From: Mobula hypostoma
Lineage: Eukaryota
Direction: 5' to 3'
NCBI RefSeq assembly: GCF_963921235.1
Contig: NC_086108.1
Coordinates: 17,670,001-17,734,000 of the forward strand
DNA length: 64,000 bases
Of the stretch, positions 63,525 through 64,000 are shown piece by piece. A program made the position numbers and the translations under genes. The notes under the pieces were generated by a model. The model saw only the letters and a list, made by a program, of their open reading frames with translations. It ran no database searches and was not told the DNA's origin. Each line of letters begins with the position of its first letter. The first letter of the stretch is position 1.

Positions 63525-64000
63525 TGCTTGCCCTATCGATGGGTTAAATTGGACATCTCCCTCCAACCACTGAGAGGCTTCCCGGCACATGAGTGTCATT
63601 GGACCCCTGGTACCTACAGCTGCATGTGTCTGAATAATTTGATGCATAGTCATGGAGTAATGCAGTATGGAAACAGGCCTTAAATCCAACTCATCCATGC
63701 TGACCGTGATGCCTACCAACCTTGTCCCATTCAACAATATGGACATGCTTTTCCATTCAATCACATAGCTTTCAGCACATATTTCATATTCTGTGATTCT
63801 TTTAATACCTCGTAATCTAATAACTTCTGAATTGAATTTGCTGCCTCCACAGCCTTCTTGTGAAGGGTTTCCAACTTTAAACTTCAAACTGGTTTCTTGC
63901 TGCCTGGCCAGCTCACTGTTTTTGGCATTTTCTGTTTTTTATTATTTTGAAGAATTTTACTTTCCTGATATATTCTGAATGGCTGACCGCTTATTCTGGG

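Overview
Repeat-dense eukaryotic DNA, probably from a cartilaginous fish (inferred from the mix of CR1, Rex1/Babar, Penelope and V-SINE repeats; not verified). Most of the window is nested transposon debris. It holds many CR1 LINEs (ORF1 zinc-finger/SGNH esterase, ORF2 endonuclease-RT; one 5'-truncated copy has an uninterrupted RT frame), Rex1/Babar LINE fragments and Penelope-like remnants whose tails carry hammerhead-ribozyme cores. It also holds a two-LTR Ty3/Gypsy element with a tRNA-Trp PBS, a solo LTR, a Tigger/pogo-like MITE, nested hAT elements and SINEs. The unique islands between the repeats contain a chain of 13 candidate minus-strand exons that starts at a CpG-rich island with a Kozak ATG at 59190. 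The spliced frame is about 700 codons with 17 stops, which suggests an unidentified decayed host gene (unitary pseudogene or lncRNA). No rRNA, tRNA gene or CRISPR array was seen. Family names come from motif recognition by eye, not from database searches.
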